Source: a virus
Direction: 5' to 3' (one strand)
Virus record (IMG/VR): IMGVR_UViG_3300027760_000838
DNA: 64,000 nucleotides
Shown piece by piece: positions 20,101-30,113 of the stretch. Numbering within the stretch: position 1 is the first letter of the stretch; every line of letters begins with the position of its first letter. The position numbers were made by a program, and so were the translations under genes. Below the pieces are notes generated by a model that was not told the DNA's origin, did not search any database, and saw only the letters and a program-made list of their open reading frames with translations.

Positions 20101-20888
20101 GTGCCAAATGTCCATTCATTTTCGTTTGAACTAATTTTGACAGCACCGTCGGAGTAAATTGTTGGAGGATATGCTGGTGGAGGACTTACTGCTATGTTTG
20201 CAGTATACATCATAGGTCCAGGGTTTTGGACGTCAGTTAATGTTAACGTAAAAGTGTAATCTGGAATACCATGTTCTGACTCTGTGAACACAAATTCTTT
20301 ACCAGCGGAATAGCCAGGGTTTGAAGGATGAGCAGGGTTGTCGACCATGGTTTCCACAATACCATTTGGACTAACTTGGAACTCTACGGTATATTCCCAA
20401 GGGGATCCTGTTAAATCAACTCCTTGAACTGAGTGTGCGCTATCTAATACTGCTGTGAATGACTTAGGTAATAATAGTGGAGTAGTTAATGTTCCTTTAT
20501 TATCCAAAACTACTTCTAGGTCGCCGTTGACTAGTCTGTCACTACTGCCACCTCCGCCACCACCTAATAGGCCATCTACGTCTGTTAGTTGATTTACATC
20601 GGTAGGAATAGTTGGTGCATTTGTGAGATCGTTATAATCTCCACTGAATGTGCCATCTCCCGGACCCCAACTTAAATTACCATCTCCGTCGTTGATTAAA
20701 TATCCTTGAGCATCAGGAGGAAGTTGTGAAGCACCAACAGGATCGAGCTCGCTCCAATGTGCTGTTCCATTACCAATTTTAAGTATTTTATTGGTTAAGT
20801 CATACCCTGGTTCGCCTTGACTTAAAATGGGATCTTCGCTAGCCCAATTTTCTGCTGTATCTCTTCTAAGTTGTATTTTATTTGCCAT
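14181..20888 (-). CDS. Large modular tail fibre/adhesin (2235 aa)
   Basis: Mtd/hyaluronidase-like N-terminus (KIQLRRDT..NW...PIL..GE.GY...KIGNG), nine W-x-F-x-x-[DE] linker modules, collagen segments near the C-terminus. Confidence 0.85.
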   Translation of the reverse strand: MANKIQLRRDTAENWASEDPILSQGEPGYDLTNKILKIGNGTAHWSELDPVGASQLPPDAQGYLINDGDGNLSWGPGDGTFSGDYNDLTNAPTIPTDVNQLTDVDGLLGGGGGGSSDRLVNGDLEVVLDNKGTLTTPLLLPKSFTAVLDSAHSVQGVDLTGSPWEYTVEFQVSPNGIVETMVDNPAHPSNPGYSAGKEFVFTESEHGIPDYTFTLTLTDVQNPGPMMYTANIAVSPPPAYPPTIYSDGAVKISSNENEWTFGTDGNLTIPFAGTIGDNLGQLYVPNVVNIGNVSLAWIDPEQITEETPAPFSEWSDNGVLSAVNDLVIATNLGEGQTTPEAIKSWTFGADGKLTLPIDSDILDSDGNSVLVNLGNLTIDGSEITSSDDYITIKTVDGYAQIESQNELTGSSYVWVEGGQAHIETPGGEWVFGLDGSTVFPNDNHLVSDNLSIEGDNLALKSDNFSIAVYPSTIVLTGADHAPCNGTYILEVDSSPLTWYKDGNNTNQQYIVYDNGWTAITEDINSDSIYVNSGKLYSPNAQWELGYSGGPAPTGTYTFIQWNFDSESNLTLPAGGDIVDVNGNSVLPQLQGKHIVTRFEMTSVDNYTATEGDWATEAGPAAMLKIADGSVDDANISTGTLPFNISFNDVSYDQIYIGSNSYLTFGGGSNRFNISGPGSANSHPAIFISSADNSYQRIYTLVSGTTGTRSLRIRFEGTNNTGGEGGNSNIIWEAVFYENIPNTFDIIVLKDARDGDGVTGISNGTSWIQSRPTIHTSLPVSDKLDKFTKLHFAGNIDTAVVDGVATITIPLGGGGNVDLGAVSEHILPSTDITYDIGSPTKRFRDLYLSANTLYLGDKNLSITDNKLEVGGFIFGEAGNVTGVAWTQYENNIVSIRVGTDSDGDTIANSIVKGNKLKLSFPVNGLNVLTVVSISGQVVVGYNEYTDYTITVSENKGSGLENIEFNLIKPIFSGKYNDLTDVPTIPIDVSDLTDTTGLLGGGGGMPGEKGDKGDPGEGVPAGGSAGQVLAKIDSTDYNTEWVDQTDLGSFTIDNNAIDVANGIDIYIETREDGGSGESRLVLKPQDDNGGTNPTRIEGSYGVGIWSNTTDSGNEKKWLFGTDGRLTLPAGGDIVDSNGNSVLGGDGLLPPYKGFRAHYGSMYDNNDDPNGPINKLVIYKSTVSPASAIDADTSSDDFQVTGLTGSDVVAMLVVVSDNITQTSLADLKTFVEAIIDEVILDSGVAGDVNTVSAMRTAFYNNFSNFNTIIPSVKTGLEFFDTEPLRYYMDFGQAVNSGSGAGLNISTIEWNPNNNNFDATSYSNGAPGGYQVGDTITIPGTAVQDYQNNYLASPANDITITINSVDGGGIAQTYTITGTVPYTQPLWPIYSIDDGGDDEYDGANAIHTNLETNITYNSGAPIINSTAFGGGDYVVTYQAGIFGIFATGANIDVIGTSGEEGGYGNDNSSSGFDGDGVAVTGSLYGNAAPVESPTQITNTDGNNTYSVSVGTDGVVTMTTSRGNLEFGALPEPGGTQHFHIMRPGGETDTDLFFGDDFNYVRQRPAQYQQDPAYGVEIGTNDNNGGDQHVWRFETDGKLTLPNGGILSDTPSAETVTLDQLTDISGWAGTLVFTKQNTTTYQALPDGPLMSLVGSDWVIQYDATGWFSSTDLVTWVAGPYAGTTPPVGTLSAATTTLTVNSNDWKFGDDGVLTIPDGGIVGGPVGTNKIDLSWDVSIISGKSIRINSGSGGVVSNKFWTFSEDTLILPAGSLISDEPIGERLTLSGAGLTAVNQTYTKTSATLYTGGNGVTIEAIGGGVWFCIQGGDTKYSSTDNLITWDNSTGGLPVPTSTLSAATTTLTVDNKEWKFDEDGKLTLPAGGDILNSSGQSVLQGIQGVQGIAGGSQGIQGIQGFDGNQGVQGITGNQGIQGVGFTYKGTYVSGDFYTTNDVVVYEGSTYIATAQSYQPPVTPPNAGYWDLLAAQGAQGTSSGGGGGNGAQGIQGITGPQGPGIYESDTPPSDTDLLWYDTVNGRLYLYYDSSWVDASPKGGSQGIQGIQGTQAAQGIQGRQGIQGIQGVQGIQGTQAAQGIQGQQGIQGRQGIQGTQAAQGIQGTTGPSGLGTTTGSWTLAAGANTVSLTVPINGTYSIWVRGNIPSGIVSYTATVVVTNNNVPVLGSSYGWYYADGNQLVLTAIPTQIIGTLNNISTATVSTTTANVFTFGITNNSGSPKTVDWGYAQI

Positions 20889-20905
20889 CTTTTATGCCCC
20901 GATAT

Positions 20906-21130
20906 TCAAAAAGTTGTATCCGATACTCCGCCATCAATATTTAACCCATTGGAGTCATAAATTGTACTAGCAGCTCCACCATCTAATTTTATGTTTAAAA
21001 TTGTGCTATTGATTTGTCCGATTAGATCATATAGCTCTGTAAAGTTACTATTAACTTTAATAAAGGATGTTCTAATGGGATCACCATTGCCTTTATCTGC
21101 TTGCCCAACATTGATAACCTGTTTAGTCAT
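20906..21130 (-). CDS. Small gp9/gp10-like N-terminal domain protein
   Basis: INVGQADKGNGDPIRTSFIKVNSNFTELY. Confidence 0.7.
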   Translation of the reverse strand: MTKQVINVGQADKGNGDPIRTSFIKVNSNFTELYDLIGQINSTILNIKLDGGAASTIYDSNGLNIDGGVSDTTF

Positions 21131-21672
21131 TATGTACGTCCTACTGATATTTCAATCATGCCTGCTTCAGGTGAGTCTTTGTCTGTTAATGCTTTTCCTA
21201 TGATAGTGCCTACTTTAGGATCTATTGCTTTGGCAGCATGGCCAGCTGCGCCGGCAGTAGTTAGTAAATCACCTTTTTGAACACGACCGACTACTTTACA
21301 AAATACACGACCTTGTAAAGCTATGAGAGCGCTATGGGACCCTTCGATATTTTTATTCAATACGAATGCAGGTTCAGTAGATACTACACCAGCTACTCTG
21401 GTATCGCCGAATGTTGTAGTAGTAGTTACTTCAGAACTGCCACCAAATACTAATACTGTGCCCTCTGTATAGGTTGCATCTGCTCGATACCACTCGGCTA
21501 AGTCAGCATATGTTGATTGTAATTTGCTACCAGAACTTAAACTCCAATTACCAGTTATTGTGCCGGCTGTACTATTACTGCCTGCGGTGATCGAAGTTGT
21601 AGCCAAATCATCGGCACTTTGTAATTCTTGTACGCTGCTGCCATTTAAAACTAACGGATATTTTGCTGCCAT
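21130..21672 (-). CDS. Tail-fibre-associated protein with intramolecular-chaperone/peptidase G2-like domain
   Basis: ADLAEWY, GTVLVFGG, VAGVVSTEPAF, ALQGRVFCKV...KGDLL. Confidence 0.65.
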   Translation of the reverse strand: MAAKYPLVLNGSSVQELQSADDLATTSITAGSNSTAGTITGNWSLSSGSKLQSTYADLAEWYRADATYTEGTVLVFGGSSEVTTTTTFGDTRVAGVVSTEPAFVLNKNIEGSHSALIALQGRVFCKVVGRVQKGDLLTTAGAAGHAAKAIDPKVGTIIGKALTDKDSPEAGMIEISVGRT

Positions 21673-21683
21673 GTTTTTATTCC

Positions 21684-24600
21684 TTAAACTAATGCTACAC
21701 TAACTGTAGAACCTACTCTATCTGTAATAATTAAATAACCGCTATTGGTTACAACATTGACAGAGCTAATACCGTCGTGTAAAGTAATTGGTAATTTACC
21801 ATTTGATGTTCCACCGCCCCCTCCTGCACCCCAATATAATCCACTACCATTGGACAATAGGGCAGTACCTGTTGGTCCAATGCTTAACATGCCAGTTGTT
21901 CCTGATGCTGTTTGATAAGGTATACTACCAGCTGCTCCCCCTGTTAGGTTAGTAGCCGAGCCAGCAGTAGTAGCCGAGCCAGCAGTAGTAGCCGAGCCAG
22001 CAGTAGTAGCATATGTAGCTGTAAATGTAGCGTTGACTCCAGGCGCCCATTGTCCTTTATAAGTTACTGGGGTGGCTGTGTCAGAAGTTCCTGATGCACT
22101 GATAACGGTAACATCACCGTCTGTGTTTATATCACTGATTTTGATAGCACCATTACTGGTTCTTTTAACAAGTGTATTATTGGTTACTGATGTGCTTATT
22201 GCTGTGTTAAAAGTTATCCAGCCATCAGTGGCTGTAAAATAAGTTGAATCAAAACTGCTTAGACCACTAGCTGCTTGTTTTTGAGCGGTAGTTCCTGTAG
22301 GTGCAGCTGACCTAGTGGCAGATAATTCTAAACTTAATTTGCTCTGTAAAATGCCTGCACTACTATTGACATCCGCATTGATAATAGTATCAGGATTAAT
22401 TTGAAAGTTTACTTGCGCCTCGTTTAAACTAGTAACAGTAACACCGATGCTATGATCAACTGCTATGCCTGACGTAAACTTGCTATTATTTGAAGTGGCC
22501 TTACTAAGTCTGGTAACACCATCTAATGAGTTCGGACCGCCTCCGATAGTTTTAGTTGAATACTGAAATACCTCACTGCCTATTAAAACATAACCATTTG
22601 TTGGAAATGATGCGGCACTGGCGACAAATATAGAACTAGTAACTTGGCTAGTTGGTATAGCTTGTGTTAACGTGCTGGAGATAGGACTGGTCAATGTGGC
22701 AGTTAAATCTCCACTTACTTCTGCATTGACTGAACCGTTTAATGCACCAATGAAGGCCAACATATCGGCTTTGGCCGGTGATGTTAGCACAACATCTTTT
22801 AATTTTGATAAATCATTAAATTTATTTGTTTCGGTATCTACATAATTTTTAGTGGCAGCATCATTAAGCCCAGTAGGACTAGCAATATTAGTCAGTCTAT
22901 ATCCGTCCCAATCCATGTCTGCAATTGGTTTAGTTCTGCCGTCTAAACTTAAAAATCCTGGACCGATTCTTTGTATTGGGTCAGATATTAAATTACCTTG
23001 CTCGTCCATGCCCAATCTTCTGTTAATATACCCATTAACAGCTGATTGAGTAGGAACGACATCATTGGCAGGATTAGTAAATCTATCATCGGCGCTGAAC
23101 TCACTAATGGCCACTCCACGCTTGAATCCAATACCATCTAGATTGCTTAAGGCAATACTGGCTGCAAATGTAACGGTGCCTGTGCCTTGATCTACCTTAA
23201 AGAATCGGCCAACACGATAGATACCATCTTGGTCGGTACTGGCATAAAATACTCTGCCTTTGCGTCTTTCTTGAATTTCCTGGCTTTGATTTGGTGCTCT
23301 TGGTTTACCAAAAATTCTATTAGGGTAATTTGATTGGTTAAATCCGCCAGTACCAATGTCCAAGAAGTCGTGCCCAGTGGCTCGCATGGTACTGATCTTG
23401 GTTATAATGTCTGCTTGTTCTTCTGCAACCAACCCTACTTTAAGAACCACATCACTAATGCTTTGTAAACTAGTATTAGTGTCCGACGACATCGATGAAC
23501 TTAACCCAGTTAACACACCAGAAACATTAGGTAGTCTAGTTGTACCATTTGAATAAAAATCACTGATGTTAATAAATCCACCATGGCCAGGGTCTTCTAT
23601 ATAACCTGTAATTCTATGTAATTTTCCGTCCCAGGCAAAAATCATTTGCCCTGTGTTTATTCTTTCTAGGTCAGTACCCGTAATAGTTTGAACAGCTATA
23701 CGTTCATCGCCAGTAGTATATCCTGAAGTTTTTCCATTATTTGAAACATTGACTCGGCTTTGATTAACAACTAGCTGAATATATCTATAAGGAGCGTCAA
23801 AAGTTAATATAGATTCGGTAGTGGCCAAAGCATTGCCAACAGGATCATTGGTGTTATAAGCAATAACTCTATAAATGGTTGCACTTTCAGTGTCTGTTGG
23901 ATCGCCAGTGAATGTTAGAGCAGTGCTAGGTCTTGTTGGATTTGTATCTACTACTTCTTTAAATTTAAAGTTTTGTCCACATCTAATAGTAATTTTTTGA
24001 CCGTGAACAAGATCTCCTTTCAATCCAGCTGATTCGGTGTCATTATTTCCTGAAGTATTGAGATTTAATTTTAATACACTACCACCTTCTCTCGACTCCA
24101 CAGTGGATAATTCATAACGAAGTATTCCGCCTGTTAGTAAATCTGCGCCAAAGTTAATTTCTATTATGCCTCTATTATAAGGTATGTATTGAAAATCACT
24201 AATATAAAAGGTTATATCTCCGGCCTTTCCCGACAATGAATAGTCACCAGTTTTATAAATTTTGGCTACTTGAACCATGTCATCGGATAGTTTAACTAAA
24301 TCTGGAATTTCTAAAGGATCAGTACCATTAGCAATTAATCCATATTCACCATTAGCAGAGCTACCATTTAAGGATCTTATTTGACCGCCGTTATTACTAT
24401 AATAACTGGTCCAGCAATAGTAAGTGAACAAACTAACAGCTTCAGCTAAACCATTATTGTTTGTTACAATACCATATCCTAGGTCATTAACTTGTGTAAA
24501 GTCATTGCTCAACATGCTGATATTGCCGCCTGAAACTAAGGTAATCTCATAAGGGGCAGAAATAGTCAATGGAGTATCGTCATCGAGCACAATATTATAT

Positions 24601-27449
24601 GATGGATATGCCATAGTAGCAAGGGTAGATAATCCTTGATTTACCGTTTGATAAATGCTATCTAACAACGTAGTTATTCTGGCACTAGTACCTAATTCAC
24701 TTGATCTACTAGTGTCTTTGATTTGTGTATATTCATTCTGAATAGATAGTACCGTTACATTTTGTGTTATGCTTATACTGGATGATTTTATATAGGTAAT
24801 TGCAGCCAATAATAAAGGAATTCCATTTGTTGGAATTCTTAAAATTCCGGTTCCTAAATTAAACAATCTTTTAGTGGCAGATAATGTTTTTATATTACCT
24901 GAGCTTCTAACGTCAAAAACAACACCGTCTATGATCTTGTCAATCATTCTGGTCATGTCTTCTACAGAATATTTTACACTAGGAAAATCAGTATTAAGCT
25001 TGGCTATTGTTTGAGCCTGTATAAAGTTTTTATTCAGTTTGATTAAATCACTGGCCACAGGCTTGCCAGCAGCAGTAGGAATCCAACTATTAACTTTATA
25101 TCTTACGCCATCGATGAAAAAACTAGTTGGTGTTTGAACTTCTTTAGGAAAGTTTGAAACAATTAAATTAAAATTATCTACTTTTTCTGTAACTACTGCT
25201 GTGACATTACTGGCAAATCCATCAACGTATTGTCCGCCTCTGAATGCCTGTTTGTTTAGGCTGCCGCTAAATGATGCACTTTGTTGACAATATGGACTCT
25301 TAGTTAGTATTTGACCTTCTGGATCAAATACCATCATAAAGCCTCCATGGCCTTGGCAAGTAATTTGTCTTACAATAGTAGCATCATTGCATAAAAACAC
25401 GTCTAATTCTTTATTATTTTTTGGTGCATTATAACTGGCGTTAAAAGCAAATATTAATTTTGTGATCATATTGGTCACAATTGTTTTGACCGTTGATGAT
25501 TCACTAGCAATTATATAGGTATTAATATAATCGGAAATATATGCCATTCCCTGACGACAATAAGTTGTTAGTGCAACTTCTGAGAAAATACCTTGTAATT
25601 TTAATATTTCTTCTTGTCCACCATTAATCAAATCTGATGCAATGGCTTCAACAATATAACCAGTGTCCCTTCTGCTCTTTGCTGCTGCTAAGTCGGATAA
25701 TACAGAAGGATCCATTCTGTCGTTGACATCGTCCACAATGGCATTGGCAATTGTTTGTTTTGCTGCTTTGATGGTATTAGCCGCAGTGGTATATCCGCCA
25801 GCATTAACGTAAGTTATGCCTAGATTAGGTAATCTTGAAGGATCTGTTAAGTAATGGTAACCGTAATATCCTTCGAACTCTACATTAAGTTGAGTACCGC
25901 CGCTGATAATAGGCAGCCCATCAAACATACTATTTCTAAAAAACCAAGTATCTACCCAAGGACTTTGACTAACTCGATCTTTTGGTCTAACTAGTGTTCT
26001 TCTAAATTCATCTCCCACAACGGAAGTATTAGCAGGAATTCGTATCGGGTAATCTTCTTCATAAATGCCACTTTCAATATAAATGGTAACATTGGTTGTT
26101 TTTACAGGGTTATCAAATTCTAAATTTTCGCCTTCGATAAATGTACCTACTACATATTGTAACTCTACAAAGTCATAATTTTGGATAGTAGTAGAGTACT
26201 GATAAACAAATCCATAGGCACCAGATGTACGTCCCTTGATTAATTTACCGGGTGTGATATCTTTGCTTACACCCTGATCTACAGGTAATCCATTTTTATT
26301 TGTGAAATTTAATACGGTAATACCATTGCCGCCATCGCTGGTAGATACCACAATGGATGGAATAGTTACAACACCCTGAGCACCTTGTTGTGCTACAAAA
26401 TTCCAATATAAACCAATATTTTCTGGTAAATCCGGCTGATGATTGATATTTCCATCGACTATGCTTATGTAACTGCTGCCATTCCAATAAACCGCTTGAT
26501 TTAAACCATACTCTGTTGCTGAATTCCAAGCTCCTCGACCAATAGTATAGCTAATTAATTGTCTGTATGGCCCTGTTTCGTAGGTAGCATTTCTAATTAA
26601 ATATTCTGCTTTTTCACAGGCTTTGCTTATGGATCTATAAGCATATGCCCAAGCACGCCCTTGTTTACCTACTGGTGTGTTTGTTTGTGCATCATCGCCC
26701 ACGGTACTTACATAAAGATTTACCGTACTGGCAAAACTGCTGTTGTCCACATAATATTTGGTAGCTGCTTGAAGGTCGTTTGATCCATTAGGAGTTCCAG
26801 CTCCGGCTAATGCACCAGGGTGATCTGACAAGTTCAAAATTCCACTCATAGTACTGCCAGTTTTAAGTACTACTTCGCTGGCTCTTGGTACTTGATTACC
26901 ACTTGCTCCGCCCGGAACAGACAATGAACCAGTCATTGTGTCTCCGGTCTTTAACACATATCTACCATCGGCATACCCCTTAGGTATAGCCAGCTCGTCT
27001 TCTGTTGTAGTTAAAGGATTGTTTGGGTCATTATTATAAACATCATTAAACTCTTTTACAGCAGCCGCGCTAGGTGCTTTTACCTTGGCTATAACATTAT
27101 TGTTAGCATTAAATGGCCCAGACAATGTAGGAGTGCTATCCGAATTTAATGACGAACTTGCGGAAATTATTTTAATTTTAGTAGGGTCGCTGGCCAAATC
27201 TACACTGATTCCTATACCAACTAGTTGCCTTCCTACTATAGATTCACCGGTATCATTAGTTGTTATAATACGATTTGCATCTAATACATCTGGCACATTG
27301 CCAAGATCTTGAAAGTTTATTCTTCCGCCTTGATTAAAGACAGCATAAAGTTCTGTAAAATTTTCGTTGACTTTTCTGAAAGATTCGCGAATGCTATCGC
27401 CAGTTCCATCATTACCTTGTACACCAATATCAATTTCTTGTTTTGACAT
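21684..27449 (-). CDS. Very large baseplate/tail structural protein (~1920 aa)
   Basis: Starts MSKQEIDIGVQGNDGTGDSIRESFRKVNENF (gp9/gp10-like). Start moved to the ATG at 27449, just after the erpA stop. Contains NDAATKNYVD fibre motifs. Confidence 0.85.
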   Translation of the reverse strand: MSKQEIDIGVQGNDGTGDSIRESFRKVNENFTELYAVFNQGGRINFQDLGNVPDVLDANRIITTNDTGESIVGRQLVGIGISVDLASDPTKIKIISASSSLNSDSTPTLSGPFNANNNVIAKVKAPSAAAVKEFNDVYNNDPNNPLTTTEDELAIPKGYADGRYVLKTGDTMTGSLSVPGGASGNQVPRASEVVLKTGSTMSGILNLSDHPGALAGAGTPNGSNDLQAATKYYVDNSSFASTVNLYVSTVGDDAQTNTPVGKQGRAWAYAYRSISKACEKAEYLIRNATYETGPYRQLISYTIGRGAWNSATEYGLNQAVYWNGSSYISIVDGNINHQPDLPENIGLYWNFVAQQGAQGVVTIPSIVVSTSDGGNGITVLNFTNKNGLPVDQGVSKDITPGKLIKGRTSGAYGFVYQYSTTIQNYDFVELQYVVGTFIEGENLEFDNPVKTTNVTIYIESGIYEEDYPIRIPANTSVVGDEFRRTLVRPKDRVSQSPWVDTWFFRNSMFDGLPIISGGTQLNVEFEGYYGYHYLTDPSRLPNLGITYVNAGGYTTAANTIKAAKQTIANAIVDDVNDRMDPSVLSDLAAAKSRRDTGYIVEAIASDLINGGQEEILKLQGIFSEVALTTYCRQGMAYISDYINTYIIASESSTVKTIVTNMITKLIFAFNASYNAPKNNKELDVFLCNDATIVRQITCQGHGGFMMVFDPEGQILTKSPYCQQSASFSGSLNKQAFRGGQYVDGFASNVTAVVTEKVDNFNLIVSNFPKEVQTPTSFFIDGVRYKVNSWIPTAAGKPVASDLIKLNKNFIQAQTIAKLNTDFPSVKYSVEDMTRMIDKIIDGVVFDVRSSGNIKTLSATKRLFNLGTGILRIPTNGIPLLLAAITYIKSSSISITQNVTVLSIQNEYTQIKDTSRSSELGTSARITTLLDSIYQTVNQGLSTLATMAYPSYNIVLDDDTPLTISAPYEITLVSGGNISMLSNDFTQVNDLGYGIVTNNNGLAEAVSLFTYYCWTSYYSNNGGQIRSLNGSSANGEYGLIANGTDPLEIPDLVKLSDDMVQVAKIYKTGDYSLSGKAGDITFYISDFQYIPYNRGIIEINFGADLLTGGILRYELSTVESREGGSVLKLNLNTSGNNDTESAGLKGDLVHGQKITIRCGQNFKFKEVVDTNPTRPSTALTFTGDPTDTESATIYRVIAYNTNDPVGNALATTESILTFDAPYRYIQLVVNQSRVNVSNNGKTSGYTTGDERIAVQTITGTDLERINTGQMIFAWDGKLHRITGYIEDPGHGGFINISDFYSNGTTRLPNVSGVLTGLSSSMSSDTNTSLQSISDVVLKVGLVAEEQADIITKISTMRATGHDFLDIGTGGFNQSNYPNRIFGKPRAPNQSQEIQERRKGRVFYASTDQDGIYRVGRFFKVDQGTGTVTFAASIALSNLDGIGFKRGVAISEFSADDRFTNPANDVVPTQSAVNGYINRRLGMDEQGNLISDPIQRIGPGFLSLDGRTKPIADMDWDGYRLTNIASPTGLNDAATKNYVDTETNKFNDLSKLKDVVLTSPAKADMLAFIGALNGSVNAEVSGDLTATLTSPISSTLTQAIPTSQVTSSIFVASAASFPTNGYVLIGSEVFQYSTKTIGGGPNSLDGVTRLSKATSNNSKFTSGIAVDHSIGVTVTSLNEAQVNFQINPDTIINADVNSSAGILQSKLSLELSATRSAAPTGTTAQKQAASGLSSFDSTYFTATDGWITFNTAISTSVTNNTLVKRTSNGAIKISDINTDGDVTVISASGTSDTATPVTYKGQWAPGVNATFTATYATTAGSATTAGSATTAGSATNLTGGAAGSIPYQTASGTTGMLSIGPTGTALLSNGSGLYWGAGGGGGTSNGKLPITLHDGISSVNVVTNSGYLIITDRVGSTVSVALV
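21958..22011. repeat. 18-nt tandem repeat x3 (encodes ATTAGS)
   Basis: gagccagcagtagtagcc repeated in tandem. Confidence 0.75.
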
Positions 27450-27450
27450 C

Positions 27451-27774
27451 TTATACCCCGAAGCTTGAACCACAACCGCAAGTAGTTACTGCGTTGGGAT
27501 TTTTAATAGTAAATGATGAACCATTTAGATCATCTTTGTAATCAATTTCTGCACCTTCTAAATACTGCATACTCATAGAGTCAACTAGAACTTTCCAATT
27601 ACTTAATGGAAATTCAAAATCGTCCTCGTTTTGTTCTTCATCAAAAGTAAAGCCGTAACTGAAACCGCTACAGCCGCCCCCTTGAACAAAGGTACGTAAT
27701 TTGAGATTGGGGTTATTTTCTTCTAAAAATAACTCTGTGATTTTATTTTTGGCAGATTCGCTGATTGTTATCAT
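27451..27774 (-). CDS. erpA: A-type Fe-S cluster carrier (ErpA/IscA/HesB)
   Basis: [41 protein letters not shown]; start set at MITISESA. Confidence 0.92.
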   Translation of the reverse strand: MITISESAKNKITELFLEENNPNLKLRTFVQGGGCSGFSYGFTFDEEQNEDDFEFPLSNWKVLVDSMSMQYLEGAEIDYKDDLNGSSFTIKNPNAVTTCGCGSSFGV

Positions 27775-27861
27775 ACTGATATTTATCAATAGACTAACTG
27801 TTCGTTTAGTTTGATTTGGCTCAATTTAGATATATACATATATAATGATAAGGATACACTT

Positions 27862-28158
27862 ATGTTAAAATGGTTAAAAGCATTATTTGAAGTTCCCGCA
27901 AAGGAGCAAGCCTCAGTACCACCGGCACCAGCAGTGGTTGCTGAACCAGTAACAGCACCAGTAGCTGAAGTTACTAAGCCCGTAAGAAAACCACGGGCCA
28001 AGCCAGCAGCTAAACCTGAAGTTCAACCAGCAGCTAAAAAGCCTAGGGCAAAGAAAGTTGTTGAGCAGCCAAAGAAAACTACAGCCACAAAAAAAGCCCC
28101 TGCTAAAACAGAGGCTTTTAAACCAAAAGCACCACGTAGACCTAAGTCACAGGCCTAA
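27862..28158 (+). CDS. Lys/Ala/Pro-rich basic protein (histone H1-like low complexity)
   Basis: SD AAGGA before ATG 27862; PAAK/KPRAK repeats. Confidence 0.65.
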   Translation: MLKWLKALFEVPAKEQASVPPAPAVVAEPVTAPVAEVTKPVRKPRAKPAAKPEVQPAAKKPRAKKVVEQPKKTTATKKAPAKTEAFKPKAPRRPKSQA

Positions 28159-29172
28159 TTTTGCTTGTTCGTAAAGGGCAAAACTAGCAATGTTCTTGCC
28201 CTTGCTTTCGCACATGATATCGAAGTCGTCCCAAAAGCTAAGGGCCCATTCATTCACTGCACGATTCCAGTAGAAGTCGCTGTGGGCTCTAAGTTTTTGC
28301 TTACGATAGCCTTCTGCTAGTAGTTGGCTATGATTGGGCATGACAGTAGGATTGTGATCTATGAGAAGATCTTCCCTACTGACACTATAATGACAAGTAG
28401 GGCGAACACCGCGCCAACTATCGACAACCCTCTTAACACGATCATCTCTAGGCGAGATGTACTCACCTTCACGAATCCAGTGATGATGGATGTCAAGAAC
28501 AATAGGCACGAGATCACTAATTGATAAACAATCGTCCAGTCCATGGCTTATTTCTTCGTTTTCGATAGTGATACAATTTCTCGCTTGGGGCGAGAGTCTA
28601 CCGTAGGCACGGCGGATACCTTCCGGACCGGCTCTACCCGATATGTGGACGTTAATTTTGAGGTCCTGGAAATGTCTGCCAAACCCCATCCAAGTGGCCA
28701 ACTGTGCATGATATTCAAACTCCTCTATACTTCGGTCAACAATGTCTTGATTATCGCTGGCCAGAACTGTAAATTGCCCTGGATGAAAAGACAGGCGAAC
28801 CCCAAGCTCACGAGCGCGGCTACCGATCTCTCCAAAGTGCTTTTCAGCATAACTGCGAGTGTCATCCCTACGCCAAAACCAACACCAAGTAGGCTCTGTA
28901 TATACTGGTAGGAGATCACTTGATAAGCGAACCATTCTAAGATGTCCATCTAAACTACCTACCTTTTCAATTAATAGTCTTACTGATTCAATGTTTTTTA
29001 CCATGATGTCCCACAGTTTCTGTGTGGCTACATCCTTAGTTTGTCTATTTAACCAACTTACTGTGGTTCCACCGGTGTTGAATTTTTTACAATCATCTTT
29101 GGGATGAATGCCCCCAACCTGATCTGGACGATCAATCCACTTGCAGGCAAAGCCTATACGTTTTTTATTCAT
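28147..29172 (-). CDS. uvsE: UV DNA damage endonuclease (UvsE/UVDE)
   Basis: RIGFAC, RLSSDLLP, RLSFHPGQFTVL, INVH, IENEE, DIHHH, HSD. Confidence 0.92.
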   Translation of the reverse strand: MNKKRIGFACKWIDRPDQVGGIHPKDDCKKFNTGGTTVSWLNRQTKDVATQKLWDIMVKNIESVRLLIEKVGSLDGHLRMVRLSSDLLPVYTEPTWCWFWRRDDTRSYAEKHFGEIGSRARELGVRLSFHPGQFTVLASDNQDIVDRSIEEFEYHAQLATWMGFGRHFQDLKINVHISGRAGPEGIRRAYGRLSPQARNCITIENEEISHGLDDCLSISDLVPIVLDIHHHWIREGEYISPRDDRVKRVVDSWRGVRPTCHYSVSREDLLIDHNPTVMPNHSQLLAEGYRKQKLRAHSDFYWNRAVNEWALSFWDDFDIMCESKGKNIASFALYEQAKLGL

Positions 29173-29180
29173 AGTGTATT

Positions 29181-30113
29181 TTACACTACTGTACGGAAAT
29201 AGTCAATGGTTTTTGATAAGCCGTCTGTTAATACTATTTTGGGTTCCCACCCTAAAACAGTTTTTGCCAATTCAATATTGGGCTTGCGTTGTCTAGGATC
29301 ATCTTTGGGTAATGGCTTGTGCATCAATCGACTTGAACTACTAGTCAAAGCCAAAACCTTTTCAGCCAATTCAATCATGGTAAATTCACCAGGATTACCA
29401 ATATTAATTGGACCAGTGAATGAATTATCACTGGCCATCAATGCCATCATGCCATCCAATAAGTCATCCACATAACAGAAGCTACGTGTTTGAAGTCCAT
29501 CCCCATAAACGGTAATATCTTCATTGCGTAAGGCCTGTACAATAAAGTTTGATACTACCCTGCCATCACCTTCGGCCATTCTTGGTCCATAGGTATTGAA
29601 GATACGCATGATTTTAACCGTAACATTGTGTACACGGTGATAGTCAATGAATAGTGTTTCAGCAGCACGTTTACCTTCATCATAGCAACTGCGTATGCCT
29701 ACGGGATTAACATTACCCCAATATTCTTCGGGTTGTGGATGTACAGTAGGATCACCATAGCATTCACTGGTTGACGCCTGTAGTATACGAGCTTTAGTGC
29801 GTTTGGCCAATCCCAACATATTAAAAGCACCAATAACCGATGTTTTCATTGTTTGAATTGGATCCAATTGATAGTGTTGTGGACTGGCTGGGCAAGCTAG
29901 ATTATAAATCTCGTCTACTTCCACATACAAGGGAATACAGATATCCTGACGAATAACTTCAAAGTTTTTGTAATCTAGCAAATGAGCAATATTACGTTTA
30001 CTGCCAGTAAAGTAGTTGTCCACACAGAGCACATGATGACCCTGTGTGACTAGCCTATCGCAGAGGTGACTACCCAAAAAGCCAGCCCCTCCTGTTACTA
30101 GAATTTTTTTCAT
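29181..30113 (-). CDS. UDP-glucuronate decarboxylase (UDP-xylose synthase)
   Basis: [45 protein letters not shown]. Confidence 0.92.
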   Translation of the reverse strand: MKKILVTGGAGFLGSHLCDRLVTQGHHVLCVDNYFTGSKRNIAHLLDYKNFEVIRQDICIPLYVEVDEIYNLACPASPQHYQLDPIQTMKTSVIGAFNMLGLAKRTKARILQASTSECYGDPTVHPQPEEYWGNVNPVGIRSCYDEGKRAAETLFIDYHRVHNVTVKIMRIFNTYGPRMAEGDGRVVSNFIVQALRNEDITVYGDGLQTRSFCYVDDLLDGMMALMASDNSFTGPINIGNPGEFTMIELAEKVLALTSSSSRLMHKPLPKDDPRQRKPNIELAKTVLGWEPKIVLTDGLSKTIDYFRTVV

